A stretch of DNA of 32,000 bases from Candidatus Kuenenia stuttgartensis (GCF_900232105.1 NZ_LT934425.1:30001-62000), one strand, 5' to 3'. Shown: positions 1 through 10,264, numbered from the stretch's first letter. Notes: generated by a model from the sequence alone, not told the origin. Program-made: numbers and translations.

Positions 1-1703
1 ATAACAAGATTCCTGTTTCCCTGTGGAAGATACTCCATCTTTGGCAATAAGAGTATTGTCGCAATAAAGGAAAACGCGGTAAGAATTAAAATAGTTGCTA
101 TTCTGGTTTTCCCCTCCTTAATTGCGAATGCCACTAAAGCCATGATTATTTTCTGAAAAAATGCACCTGCTTTCAGAAGCACACCAGGCCCGGCGAATGA
201 TTTTGTTTTTACTTTTAACCTTCGGAACAGTTGTTCCGAAAACATGGGGATCACAAAAACAGAAACGAAGAAACTTAATCCTACGGCGCATGTTACCGCA
301 ATTGCAATATCTCTGAAGAGCTGGCCAGCTTCTTCCTGCACAAACACTATGGGAAGAAATACCGCAATTGTTGTGAGCGTAGAGGCGAGTATTGCTCCCC
401 ATACTTCTTTCGTTCCTTCATATGCGGCAAGAAAAGCGGTCTTCCCCGATTTTCTGTGACGATCAATATTTTCCAGCACCACGATAGCGTTATCTACAAG
501 CATCCCGACCGCAAAAGAAATTCCGGCAAGGCTTATAACATTAAGATTTCTTCCAAATGCCTTCAAGAACAAAAACGTGCCAAAAATGCTTATGGGAATA
601 GAAGTGGCGATTATTACGGTGGAAGAAACATTTCTCAGGAAAAGCAGCAATACTGCTATTGCGAGAAAGCCACCAATAAGGATATTATTTTTCACAAGCC
701 GGATTGCCCCGTTAATATAAGGCCTCTGATCGTATACCCATTTCAGATAAACCTTTTCTTCGGCAAGTTTTTCTTTATTCAACCAATCCACTACTTCATA
801 AATGGTATTAGTAAGTTCAAGTACGTTTACGCCCGATTCCGGTTTTACGCCAATAGCAATGGCTTCTTCACCATTATGGAGCATTACATTGCTTAGTTTT
901 TCATAACCAAAACTGACTTTTGCCAAATCCGAAAGTACGATTCGCTGCTGGCCATCGGATTTTATTATTATATTTTCAATTTCTTTCGCCGAATTAAATT
1001 CCCCAATCGTTCTTATCCGGTAATCCCTTCTTTCAATGCCCATAATACCTGAAGAGATATTCACGTTTTCCGCTTTTAAGAGAGAAACAAGTTCCGTTAT
1101 TGTTACACCGTATGCAGCCATTTTTTGGGGATTGATAATGATATGCATCTCTTTGTCAGTCCCGCCATGAATCGCAAGATCTGCAACCCCCTTTACCCGG
1201 TCAAGATATTGTCTGACCTCGTCTTCAAAATATGTCCTGTAGGAATAAATCGAGCGGGGATTGTCTTCCGTTGCATGCAAAATAATCCATATAACGGGTG
1301 ATGCCGCACTTCCCGTGGGATTGATTATTGGTTTATCAACATTTTCAGGATATTCAGGCACTTCGTTGAGTTTGTTGGAGACCCGCAACAATGCATCGTC
1401 AATTCTAGTTTCAATTGTGAATTTTAGTGTAATTGAACCCATACCGTCAAACGACTCGCTCTCCATTTCTACAAGTCCGGGTATGCCTTTTAAAACCTTT
1501 TCCTGTTCTTCGATTATTTCACGTTCAATGTTGTATGGAGTAGCTCCCACCCACGTAGTAGTAACCGTAATTTCGGGTTCGGTAATGGTGGGACTTAACT
1601 GGTATGTCATTGTGAGAAGGCTGATTACCCCGAAAAGCACAACAAAGATAATCCCAACGATAATAGTAACCGGTTTTTCAATGGAAAATCTGATGCTGTC
1701 CAA
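1..1703 (-). CDS. RND efflux transporter permease subunit (AcrB/HAE1-like), 3' part lies beyond the window
   Basis: Manual minus-strand translation from a TTG at 1703 is open to base 1: LDSIRFSIEKPVTIIVGIIFVVLFGVISLLTMTYQLSPTITEPEITVTTTWVGATPYNIE...; ...AVGMLVDNAIVVLENIDRHR...PKMEYLPQGNRNLV. These are typical RND permease motifs. No ATG start, so the supplied ORF track misses it. Confidence 0.93.
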   Translation of the reverse strand, partial: MDSIRFSIEKPVTIIVGIIFVVLFGVISLLTMTYQLSPTITEPEITVTTTWVGATPYNIEREIIEEQEKVLKGIPGLVEMESESFDGMGSITLKFTIETRIDDALLRVSNKLNEVPEYPENVDKPIINPTGSAASPVIWIILHATEDNPRSIYSYRTYFEDEVRQYLDRVKGVADLAIHGGTDKEMHIIINPQKMAAYGVTITELVSLLKAENVNISSGIMGIERRDYRIRTIGEFNSAKEIENIIIKSDGQQRIVLSDLAKVSFGYEKLSNVMLHNGEEAIAIGVKPESGVNVLELTNTIYEVVDWLNKEKLAEEKVYLKWVYDQRPYINGAIRLVKNNILIGGFLAIAVLLLFLRNVSSTVIIATSIPISIFGTFLFLKAFGRNLNVISLAGISFAVGMLVDNAIVVLENIDRHRKSGKTAFLAAYEGTKEVWGAILASTLTTIAVFLPIVFVQEEAGQLFRDIAIAVTCAVGLSFFVSVFVIPMFSEQLFRRLKVKTKSFAGPGVLLKAGAFFQKIIMALVAFAIKEGKTRIATILILTAFSFIATILLLPKMEYLPQGNRNLV

Positions 1704-1707
1704 AAGA

Positions 1708-2778
1708 TTATATCCCCTCTCTCTTTACATTTATTCTCTGGCCGTCACGAAGCCGTTCATTTCCCTTTATTACCACCTCTGTTCCTTCCATAAGGCCAAC
1801 TCCTTCAATGCCAGCCTTTGTTTCACTGTAGTCCAGTACGCGAACAGGCGTCATATATGCTTGTGAGTCCTTTACCGCAAAAACCACCGTGTTTCCGAAA
1901 AAGTTGATTATTGCATCCCTGTCCACCAGAAGAGATTTCGTTTCTTCTCCGGAGGGCAAAGATACTACAGCCTCCATACCGGACATAAGCGTTTCAGCGT
2001 CTGTTATTCTTATTCTTACAGGGAACGTTCTTGTTGACACATCGCCGTGGGGAATCACGACAAATATTTTCCCATGGAATATTTTTTCGTTAATTTTGAC
2101 AACGGCATCCATATTTTGTTTTATTAACAGACATATTTTCTCAGGAACGTTAAGAACTACTTCAACCACATCGGTTTGCGCAATGGTTGCGATAACAGTA
2201 CCTGGCGTAAGCCATTCGCCAACCTGCACATATTTTTTTAATATTACTCCATTAAAGGGAGACCGTATGTTTTTCTTTTGAAGTTCGATTGAGAGCGACT
2301 CCAACTCCGCTTTTATTGAATCAGATTTTTTTTCAAAATTAATCAATTTAAATATAATTTCGTCATACATCTGTTGAGAAACGACTTCTTCGTGATACAG
2401 TTTTTCAACCCTTTGTTTGTTTAATAATGCCAGATCGATGTCGGATAAAACCTGATCCCTTAACGCCTTTTTCGATTTAATTTCTTTTCTCAGCAAATCC
2501 GAATTCGTTTTTACAAGCAACTCTCCCTTCTTTACCCTAAAACCTTCTTCAAGGTTTACATAGTCTGCCTTGCCATTTACTTCAGCCGCAACATCCGATA
2601 TATAGGGATAATTTACCGTTCCTATAAATTCAGTCTTTGGAGTCATTATACCGGTGGTGATTTCTGAAACAACGACAAGCGGCGGTGGACTCTGTTTTTC
2701 GCTTTGTCCGAAAAGCGATGAAATAATTGAGAGTAGCACAAAAGGCACGATAAGAAAATAACACGTCCGCATAAACAT
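1708..2778 (-). CDS. Efflux RND transporter periplasmic adaptor subunit (membrane fusion protein)
   Basis: 356 aa ORF with N-terminal hydrophobic segment and biotinyl/barrel-like motifs (ADVNGKADYVNLEEGFRVKKGELLVKT... IRSPFNGVILKKYVQVGEWLTPG); directly upstream of the permease. Confidence 0.9.
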   Translation of the reverse strand: MFMRTCYFLIVPFVLLSIISSLFGQSEKQSPPPLVVVSEITTGIMTPKTEFIGTVNYPYISDVAAEVNGKADYVNLEEGFRVKKGELLVKTNSDLLRKEIKSKKALRDQVLSDIDLALLNKQRVEKLYHEEVVSQQMYDEIIFKLINFEKKSDSIKAELESLSIELQKKNIRSPFNGVILKKYVQVGEWLTPGTVIATIAQTDVVEVVLNVPEKICLLIKQNMDAVVKINEKIFHGKIFVVIPHGDVSTRTFPVRIRITDAETLMSGMEAVVSLPSGEETKSLLVDRDAIINFFGNTVVFAVKDSQAYMTPVRVLDYSETKAGIEGVGLMEGTEVVIKGNERLRDGQRINVKREGI

Positions 2779-3046
2779 AAGGTATCCTTAAAAAAATAAA
2801 TTTAAGTTTTGGCAAAATATAGCCACAAGCGTATGGGTTTAGAAAAATTGAATTTAAACAAGGGGCTGCAATCCCTTGTTCAATGCGCATGCAATGTTTT
2901 TATGTTTAGAAAACCTAATTTGTTTGGCTATATCTAACGGTGAAATCCGATTTCGTATTTGAAAATTAATACTCAATGTGAAGGAATAAAGGTAAATGAG
3001 CAACAATTTGAGAATTGAACATTAACAGATATAATACCTCAAAAAA

Positions 3047-3697
3047 TTATTTCATTGTCCCTGACGCGAAGATATCGACAAATTCCTTTATAATCGCATC
3101 TGAATCATCAATTCTGTATTTTTTCCACATGAGAAATTCCTTTGCATCAAAATAGGAGAATAACATCCCAAGGAAGGCACGTGCTGCAGTTTCAGCATTA
3201 AACTCCCGAAGAACCCCTTTCTTTTGCATCGTTGTGAAATAGGAAGCCAGCGTTTTAAAAATTTCATCAATAAACGCATGATACATTTTTAGGATTTTTT
3301 GAGGATATCTTTGAATTTCAATATGCATTATTTTTATAATATCTTTTCTCACAGCAAGCGTATCGAGGAATCTTTCCGCAATAACAGTCAATGCTTCCGT
3401 ATAATGCATTTCAGCAACCTCCGGCAGAAGTCCCTGCAAAGCCGGAAGAAACGAATAGGTATTTAAAACTTCTTCAAAAAGTTTTTCTTTTGATATAAAA
3501 TGCCTGAAAATCGTTACCTCTGCAGTGCCCGCCTCTTTTGCGATTTCTCTCGTAGTTGTGCCAAGATAGCCTTTTTTTGAAAAAAGCTTCAATCCCGTTT
3601 CCAGAATCTTTTTCCTCGCCGAGTGTGCTTCTTCCTGATGACCGGACATGATATATAACGAATACTGTAGTTTATTCAAAATAAAATTGATTTGCAA
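3047..3697 (-). CDS. TetR/AcrR family transcriptional regulator
   Basis: N-terminal HTH ARKKILETGLKLFSKKGYLGTTTREIAKEAGTAEVTIFRHFISKEKLFEEV; adjacent to the efflux operon on the same strand. Confidence 0.92.
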   Translation of the reverse strand: MQINFILNKLQYSLYIMSGHQEEAHSARKKILETGLKLFSKKGYLGTTTREIAKEAGTAEVTIFRHFISKEKLFEEVLNTYSFLPALQGLLPEVAEMHYTEALTVIAERFLDTLAVRKDIIKIMHIEIQRYPQKILKMYHAFIDEIFKTLASYFTTMQKKGVLREFNAETAARAFLGMLFSYFDAKEFLMWKKYRIDDSDAIIKEFVDIFASGTMK

Positions 3698-4108
3698 TTG
3701 TTAGCATACGCTTACATTAGCATTATAATTTGAATATATTGTTTTTCAACATTTAAAACAGATACATAGGTTTCTCATTACTTTTTTGCATGAACAATTG
3801 TTTTGATTGATAACGACCCTTTGAACGATTACAATTATGGCTTATTGCCGATAACGTACATGCACAATACTTCATTTACCGTATCAATTTAATCTCTTGA
3901 AAAAACAAAAACGCTCATTTCCATGCCAGAGTTTTAAAACAAGGGCGATTGCTAAAAACTGTGCCCCGCTGACGTGGTTGTAGAAGGTGAAATTGAGGGG
4001 TAGGAATGCAGAATGACTGCTGCACAGCATGATTTTGCTTTGATGGTTTTTCAAAAAAACGAAAGTGTTACGATTTATTAAATTCCTCTCTTTATAACAA
4101 CGGTAACA

Positions 4109-5941
4109 ATGTTTGAACGGCTTCATTACATCGACGTTTCCATTATCCTTGCCTATCTTTTCTTCACTTTTCTGATTGGTGTGTATTTTTCACGCCGTGC
4201 ATCAAAAAACATGGACGAGTTTTTTGTTTCGGGGCGATGTTTGCCGTGGTGGATTGTAGGCACTTCTATGGTTGCCACAACGTTTGCGGCTGATACGCCC
4301 CTTGCTGTTTCCGGTCTTGTTGCAAAAGGTGGTATCTGGAAGAACTGGATTTGGTGGAATTGGGGAGTAGGCGGTATTTTTGCCGTATTTCTCTTTGCAC
4401 GTCTCTGGAACAGGGCTGGCATTACCACAGATGCAGAGCTGGTTGAGCTGCGTTACGACGGCATGGCTGCCGCATGTCTCCGGATTTACCGTGCAGTATG
4501 GTTTGGCCTTTTTCAGAATGTGCTGATAATTGCATGGGTTATGAAGGCAATGTCCAAGATCATTGTCACCATCATGGGGTGGGACCAGACTACTATAATA
4601 CTTGGGCTGAATGCCGAGGTATTTGCCGTTTTGGTGCTTTTCCTGATTACGGTTGTTTACACGACAATGTCAGGGCTTTGGGGGGTCGTTGCTACTGATG
4701 TGGTACAGTTTATCATCGCAATGACAGGATCAATTTATCTTGCAGTTGCTTCAGTTATAAAACTTGGCGGAATGGCTGAAATACAACGCAAACTGGCAGA
4801 AGGGCATTTTGACGTAGATTCTGTCCTGAGAATCATTCCAAAGGTTACGCCGCTTAACCATACCACACCGTTTACGGAATTCCTGGCGCTTGTCTTAATC
4901 GTGTGGGTGGTTATGTACAATGTGGATGGGGGAGGTTATATTGCGCAACGACTGTTTGCCGCAAAAAATGAACGGCATTCCATGTTTGCTTATTTATGGT
5001 TTAACACTGCCATGATATGCCTGCGTCCCTGGCCATGGATTATTGTCGGACTCTGCGGCATGGCATATTTTGGGAAGATTGATGACGTGGAAACATACTA
5101 TCCGCTTATGATGAAAGAGACGCTGCCTGTAGGGATGTTCGGTGTTATGATCGCTGCATTTTTCGCGGCGTTTATGTCAACTATCGACACGCAGTTAAAC
5201 TGGGGCGCCTCTATCATCGTTAATGATTGTTATAAACGTTTTTTTAGGAAAACATCAGGCGATAAAGAATATGTGCTGATAGCAAGAATCGTTATTGTAT
5301 GCCTTGCCTTTCTTGGTGCGTTTTTTTCATTTGCAGTGAAGGATATTTCTCAGGTATGGATTATTGTATTTTCTGTTACAGCGGGGATTGGTTCTGTTTA
5401 TATATTGCGCTGGTATTGGTGGCGGGTAAATGCATGGTCGGAAATTTCGGCGTTTTCCCTTGCGCTTGCCGGCACATTTGTCTTTAAAGGCATTCCGTTT
5501 TCAAATCGACTCTCTTTTTTAAAAGATACCATCTGGGGGAAAGGATTGTCCGGTTTTTATCCGGAACAACCACTGTTTCAGTTTCCCTATTCAATTGCAG
5601 TATCAATGGTTGTTATTATTCCCGCCTGGATAGCAATTACATTCATTACCCGTCCGGTATCCCAAAACCATCTTATCGCCTTTTACAAAAAGGTGTATCC
5701 CGGAGGGCCTGGTTGGAAGTCAATTGCGCAAAAAGTCCCCGGTTATGAAGATCAAGGGATTAAACCGGTAACTTTCCTTCATATTCTATTGGGAATTATC
5801 GTGGTAAATTGCATCCTGATAGGAACGGGAAAGGTTATATTGGGCGCTGAAGTATCGGGAATAATCTTATTGCTTGTTGCAATTTATTCGGGAACCGCAT
5901 TGTTTTTTTTCCTGAAAAAACAAGAAAAACGCTTGCGATAA
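4109..5941 (+). CDS. Sodium:solute symporter family (SSS) protein
   Basis: 610 aa, multi-TM, ...FFVSGRCLPWWIVGTSMVATTFAADTPLAVSGLVAKGGIWKNWIWWNWGVGG... typical SSS pattern. Confidence 0.88.
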   Translation: MFERLHYIDVSIILAYLFFTFLIGVYFSRRASKNMDEFFVSGRCLPWWIVGTSMVATTFAADTPLAVSGLVAKGGIWKNWIWWNWGVGGIFAVFLFARLWNRAGITTDAELVELRYDGMAAACLRIYRAVWFGLFQNVLIIAWVMKAMSKIIVTIMGWDQTTIILGLNAEVFAVLVLFLITVVYTTMSGLWGVVATDVVQFIIAMTGSIYLAVASVIKLGGMAEIQRKLAEGHFDVDSVLRIIPKVTPLNHTTPFTEFLALVLIVWVVMYNVDGGGYIAQRLFAAKNERHSMFAYLWFNTAMICLRPWPWIIVGLCGMAYFGKIDDVETYYPLMMKETLPVGMFGVMIAAFFAAFMSTIDTQLNWGASIIVNDCYKRFFRKTSGDKEYVLIARIVIVCLAFLGAFFSFAVKDISQVWIIVFSVTAGIGSVYILRWYWWRVNAWSEISAFSLALAGTFVFKGIPFSNRLSFLKDTIWGKGLSGFYPEQPLFQFPYSIAVSMVVIIPAWIAITFITRPVSQNHLIAFYKKVYPGGPGWKSIAQKVPGYEDQGIKPVTFLHILLGIIVVNCILIGTGKVILGAEVSGIILLLVAIYSGTALFFFLKKQEKRLR

Positions 5942-5975
5942 ACTGCGAATTGAATCATTGCCGCAAAACTCATTT

Positions 5976-6803
5976 TCAGAGCAGAAGTGCGCTGAAAAAA
6001 CCAATCAACGCCCCAAATACCCCTCCCCAAACAACAAGCCAGCCCAGGTGACTGCGTATCATTTCCTCAACAATTTTCTTTACATGTTGCGGCGATAATT
6101 CATTGAGTCTCGCATTTACCATAGTATCAATCTTCGACCGAAAGGAGTCGAAATCAGTTTCTTTTTGCAATATCGAAGCTATGTCAATGTTTGTTATGAT
6201 ATCCGTCACCTGTTTTTCCATTTCGGCTTTAAATGGTTCTCTCAGCGGTTCAAGGGCATTTTTTCCTCCAAACATATCCAGCATGCCGCCAAAGGTCGAT
6301 TTTTTCACGGTGGAAACCAGCCCGGCAAATACTTTGTCAAAATCTATCTGATCCATTACAAGTTCCGGCTTTATGGTATGAGGAAGTGTTTCCTGCGTGA
6401 CTTTGGCAAAGTTTTTTTCTGTAAAAAAATTCTCCATAATCAACGAACGAATGCCTTCCTTAAATTGTTCAAACCTGAGCGTAATTATTCCTGAACCGTA
6501 CAGGCCGGGTATTTTTTCGAATAACATATGAATGGCTACCCAGTTTGTCAATGCGCCGGACAAGGCAAAGAGACTTGCATGCACTATCACTGTCTTTCCA
6601 AAAAAAGATGGATAAAAATAAGAAACAAGAAAGACAATACCGGCTATAAGATTGGTAAGTAAACTTTTATTCACGAAAGATATCCTCACTGAAATTTCAA
6701 ATAATAAGGCATAGATATAGTCAAACAAATAAGGTTTTAGAAAATTTACCTCTCCCCCCTGCCGCCTCTTTTTAGATGGAAGAGAAGATGCCCCCTCTAT
6801 CAA
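5976..6803 (-). CDS. DUF445 family membrane protein
   Basis: 275 aa; ...LSGALTNWVAIHMLFEKIPGLYGSGIITLRFEQFKEGIRSLIMENFFTEKN..., C-terminal TM; resembles the DUF445/YheB-like family. Confidence 0.7.
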   Translation of the reverse strand: MIEGASSLPSKKRRQGGEVNFLKPYLFDYIYALLFEISVRISFVNKSLLTNLIAGIVFLVSYFYPSFFGKTVIVHASLFALSGALTNWVAIHMLFEKIPGLYGSGIITLRFEQFKEGIRSLIMENFFTEKNFAKVTQETLPHTIKPELVMDQIDFDKVFAGLVSTVKKSTFGGMLDMFGGKNALEPLREPFKAEMEKQVTDIITNIDIASILQKETDFDSFRSKIDTMVNARLNELSPQHVKKIVEEMIRSHLGWLVVWGGVFGALIGFFSALLL

Positions 6804-6921
6804 AAGGAAATTTAAGGGGGCGTTTGATAGTATGCTTAGTCAAATAAATCTGTTTTTTTAGAAAGCCATTTTATCGCCAAATTTTTAAAACTATATTTGT
6901 TTGGCTATATAACAAACTTCT

Positions 6922-8148
6922 TTAGTATGATTCATATTCCGAACTATTCGGAACGAATGTTTTTTTTCCTGCGAACGGAAAGACTCTTGCAAAAACGGCC
7001 TTGAGATATCTCCCTTCCGGAAATACAGAACTAAACGGATGATCCGGCGCAGCTCCTGTGATTTTAAATATTTGCAATATTACACCGGCTTCGGCGGCTG
7101 AACGGGTAAGTATTGAAAGAAAATCTTTTTCTGAAATAAGGCCGGAACAGGAACAGGTTAGCAATATCCCCCCTGGCCGGACCACTTGCATACCAAGCCG
7201 GTTAATATCTCCATATGTTCTCATGGCTCTCTTTATTTCTCCTGTACAACCGGCAAGCTTGGCGGGATCCAGTATTACCACATCTGTTTGCGTACCACTG
7301 TTATACATTTTTCTTAAAAAATCAAATACGTCAATATGTACATACGAAATAGCTGCCGAATTTAACCGGGCGTTTTCTTTTGCGGTTTCTAATGCCTTTT
7401 CATCAAGGTCAACGCCTGTTGCAGACCTTGCGCCTGCACGCATTGCAGATATTCCAAACCCTCCGGTGTAACAAAAACAATCAAGCACCTCCTTGTCGCG
7501 ACATAAAAGAGACAAGGCCAAACGGTTTTCCCTCTGGTCAAGAAAAAAACCTGTTTTGTGTCCCGATTTGAAATTTATCATCATACGCATATTGTTTTCG
7601 CAGATTATCACCGAATCAGGGCACGGGTAAATCCTTGACACTTTCGAGAAATCCACCCCTTCTTTTTCCGCATTCCTGGCATCGGGTCTTACCGTTACAT
7701 TGCTATCCGGATAGAGGGTTTTTAGTGACGAAACTATCCAGTCCATAATTCCAATGTAGCCGGCGGAATAAGGTTCAACTACAATCACATGGGCAAATTT
7801 ATCAATGATCAGGCCGGAAAGCCCGTCTGCCTCGCCATGAACGAGCCTGTAGCAATCCGACGTCTTATGTATCCCCAACACCTCTTCACGCAATGCTTTG
7901 GCGTATTCAAGTTTTTTTAATATAAATTCCTTGCACAAATGTTCGGTAACATTTTCGGTTAAAAGCCGAATACCGATATTGCTTTTCCGGTTATAAATAC
8001 CCCTGCCGATAAACCCTCCTTCTTTGGATACCACTTCAACCAATGTCCCTGGTGGAACAGGTTTTTGCGGATGACGAATCATGCGGTTGAAGATCCATGG
8101 GTGGAGTGAATTTCTTTTTGCTTTAAGTGATATAACAGGAAGTTTCAT
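6922..8148 (-). CDS. Class I SAM-dependent rRNA methyltransferase, RlmI-like (PUA plus methyltransferase)
   Basis: 408 aa; N-terminal PUA-like KRNSLHPWIFNRMI...GTLVEVVSKEGGFIGRGIYN; YRLVHGEADGLSGLIIDKF; QRENRLAL; VLDCFCYTGGFG; DVVILDPAKLA motifs. Confidence 0.88.
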   Translation of the reverse strand: MKLPVISLKAKRNSLHPWIFNRMIRHPQKPVPPGTLVEVVSKEGGFIGRGIYNRKSNIGIRLLTENVTEHLCKEFILKKLEYAKALREEVLGIHKTSDCYRLVHGEADGLSGLIIDKFAHVIVVEPYSAGYIGIMDWIVSSLKTLYPDSNVTVRPDARNAEKEGVDFSKVSRIYPCPDSVIICENNMRMMINFKSGHKTGFFLDQRENRLALSLLCRDKEVLDCFCYTGGFGISAMRAGARSATGVDLDEKALETAKENARLNSAAISYVHIDVFDFLRKMYNSGTQTDVVILDPAKLAGCTGEIKRAMRTYGDINRLGMQVVRPGGILLTCSCSGLISEKDFLSILTRSAAEAGVILQIFKITGAAPDHPFSSVFPEGRYLKAVFARVFPFAGKKTFVPNSSEYESY

Positions 8149-8238
8149 TTAACAGAGATGGCAGTCTTTAAAATTTGTTTAAAAAGTTGTTTGCGGCCAG
8201 TATTGGCAGCGAGTAATAGTAATTCCTCACAAATATTG

Positions 8239-8826
8239 TTATTTACCAGACTCCGCCGGATTCCACAACCCTTTTCTATTTTCTCTTGCATCTGCGAATG
8301 CCTTCTGGAATTTCTTTTTATATTTAACATTGAGTCGCTCAGCAGAAGGGCTTGCAAACCCAGCCTTAATAATTTCCTCATTAAGCATCCTTCCATCCTC
8401 AAGATATACGTATCCCAGATACCTGCCGTCCTTATCCAAAAACTGGATGTCAAACTCTATCGATACTTTATCATTCGGTTTTACCAGGCTTTTCGTAAAC
8501 TCCAGGGTACGTTTGCCTATCAGCAGGATGTCGTTTACATCTTTTTCATATTTTTCGGCGTTGTCCAGTACTGCACTGTTTAGCTTAGTGTCGGGCGTGG
8601 TTATTCCCACCAATTTAAACCGTTCTTCGTTGCTTTTATACCTTACCCTTAAAGTATCACTATCGATCACGGATAACACAATTGCCTTGTCCCTTGCAAA
8701 AAGATGGGGTAAGAATACAACATTGAATAAGAAAAACAAAACAATAACTTTGGGAGATAGTTTCATTTTAAACACGGTGTGCCTCCTGTATGAAATAATA
8801 CGATTGTATTGTTTTACTGTGGACAT
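8239..8826 (-). CDS. Thermonuclease (SNase-like) family protein, probably exported
   Basis: Signal-peptide-like N-terminus; VLSVIDSDTLRV...FKLVGITTPDTK...FDIQFLDKDGRYLGYVYLEDGRMLNEEIIKAGFA...KKFQKAFADARENRKGLWN. Confidence 0.83.
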   Translation of the reverse strand: MSTVKQYNRIISYRRHTVFKMKLSPKVIVLFFLFNVVFLPHLFARDKAIVLSVIDSDTLRVRYKSNEERFKLVGITTPDTKLNSAVLDNAEKYEKDVNDILLIGKRTLEFTKSLVKPNDKVSIEFDIQFLDKDGRYLGYVYLEDGRMLNEEIIKAGFASPSAERLNVKYKKKFQKAFADARENRKGLWNPAESGK

Positions 8827-9194
8827 GGATAAGCCTCTTTTAACGCATCAACAACTAACACAACTGCTGGTTCATTCCATCTTTCCGGGTTTTCCTTTAA
8901 ATATTTTGACACTGTTGACACTATTTCTCCTTGTGTGGGGTCTGATGGACTCGCGCAAAAGAATGCCCCATCACATGCATCATAAACGCCTCCGATAAAA
9001 CCCAGATAAAGGCCTGTCTTTAACCAATCAACCTCTTTCATCCCGGACACTGCCTTATCATTTTCCTTCATATGATCCACAAGTTTGATCCCTGAAGTGA
9101 ATGGTACGGCGTCTGCATTCACTGTGTTAAAAACCCCCGCACATATAATAACCATAACAAAAAAAATACACCTTCTCATTTTATCAGTCTCCAT
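8814..9194 (-). CDS. Rap1a/Tai-like family protein (small exported)
   Basis: 126 aa with signal peptide; GFIGGVYDACDGAFFCASPSDPTQGEIVSTVSKYLKENPERWNEPAVVLVVDALKEAYPCPQ resembles the Rap1a/Tai immunity domain pattern; start overlaps the SNase-like gene. Confidence 0.6.
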   Translation of the reverse strand: METDKMRRCIFFVMVIICAGVFNTVNADAVPFTSGIKLVDHMKENDKAVSGMKEVDWLKTGLYLGFIGGVYDACDGAFFCASPSDPTQGEIVSTVSKYLKENPERWNEPAVVLVVDALKEAYPCPQ

Positions 9195-9206
9195 TTTTTA
9201 ATAATT

Positions 9207-9566
9207 TTAGTAATTCCACGATCCGTCTTTATTCCATCTTGGCGGCAATTCTTTTAAAATGCCCATTTTTTCTAACAAAACTCCGGCTAATGAACGTCCT
9301 TTTTGAAGAAACTCTCCCGATTTCGCACATTGAGGTTCAGGAATATATCCTAATGAGAGTGCTTCCTGTACCGTAATTAATCGTAATTTCCGAACATCTT
9401 TCACACAATTCGGGGCATAATATTCCTTGTCCTCATCATTAACATAAACATAGGTATTCCGGGGCATTGTCTTCGATACATTCACTGCTAATCCGGCAAT
9501 AACTACTAAGAGCAAAAGACTACTGACCCCCATAAATAAAAAACGCTTTTTATCATACTTTATCAT
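9207..9566 (-). CDS. Hypothetical membrane-anchored protein
   Basis: 119 aa, N-terminal TM segment, two Cys (NCVKDVRKL... PEPQCAKSG); co-oriented with the SNase/Rap1a-like pair. Confidence 0.5.
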   Translation of the reverse strand: MIKYDKKRFLFMGVSSLLLLVVIAGLAVNVSKTMPRNTYVYVNDEDKEYYAPNCVKDVRKLRLITVQEALSLGYIPEPQCAKSGEFLQKGRSLAGVLLEKMGILKELPPRWNKDGSWNY

Positions 9567-9937
9567 ACATCGGAACCTCCCCTTTGGGCTTCTTTATAGT
9601 AATTTATGTAAAATAACGAGTGATACTGACCCGCAACCAATTAAAACACAAGAAAGCTGGGTAGTATAAAACATATTTACTTCTCTCTATATGTTTTTTC
9701 GCCGGTATTTCACACCTTCAATCAATTTTGTAAATAATTGTAACTATTTATGGCAATAATATCTTTATAATACTTTTGTAACGATAGAAAAATTATATGT
9801 AATACAGACAAATCGGAAATGAAAAACAGCGCTGTGTTTTATTCATAGTAAGGAAGGGTGACGCGATAGCGTACTCACCGTTGCTTGTATCTAAAGCTAT
9901 TATACAAATACATTCATGCAAGGGTTCAGGCCACAAA

Positions 9938-10028
9938 CCAATGTCATTAAGTTAAGGATATTTGATCAAAAACAACCCCCTTTTCTAAGGGGGATTTTGC
10001 GGCAGGTAGTTTAACTTAATGACATTGG
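9938..10028. repeat. MITE-like element with perfect 18-bp inverted termini and nested hairpin
   Basis: CCAATGTCATTAAGTTAA (9938-9955) and its exact reverse complement TTAACTTAATGACATTGG (10011-10028); internal CCCCCTT...AAGGGGG stem at about 9976-9993. Confidence 0.7.
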
Positions 10029-10264
10029 GCTGCAAACATGAGCTCATTATGAAAATTTGCATGTGTTTACTATGCTATTTATAGTATTATTTTGTAAAAA
10101 CTCTATTTTTTTCAAAAAGCCAAACTATTATAAAAATGCGAATTTATTTGTTATTTGTTATTTGTCGTTTATTATTTATGCATAGTAAACAAACAGATAC
10201 CCTATTCATGATGCAGTCTTCATTATAAATACAATAGAACAGCATACCGTTAGGAGGTTGCGAA

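Noticed and set aside
244-896. Plus-strand ORFs 244-459 and 456-896 (and 118-402 minus)
   Set aside because: They lie antisense to, or out of frame with, the clearly recognisable RND permease on the minus strand.
10144-10164. Three tandem TTATTTG heptamers
   Set aside because: Too short and AT-rich in an intergenic region; could easily be chance.
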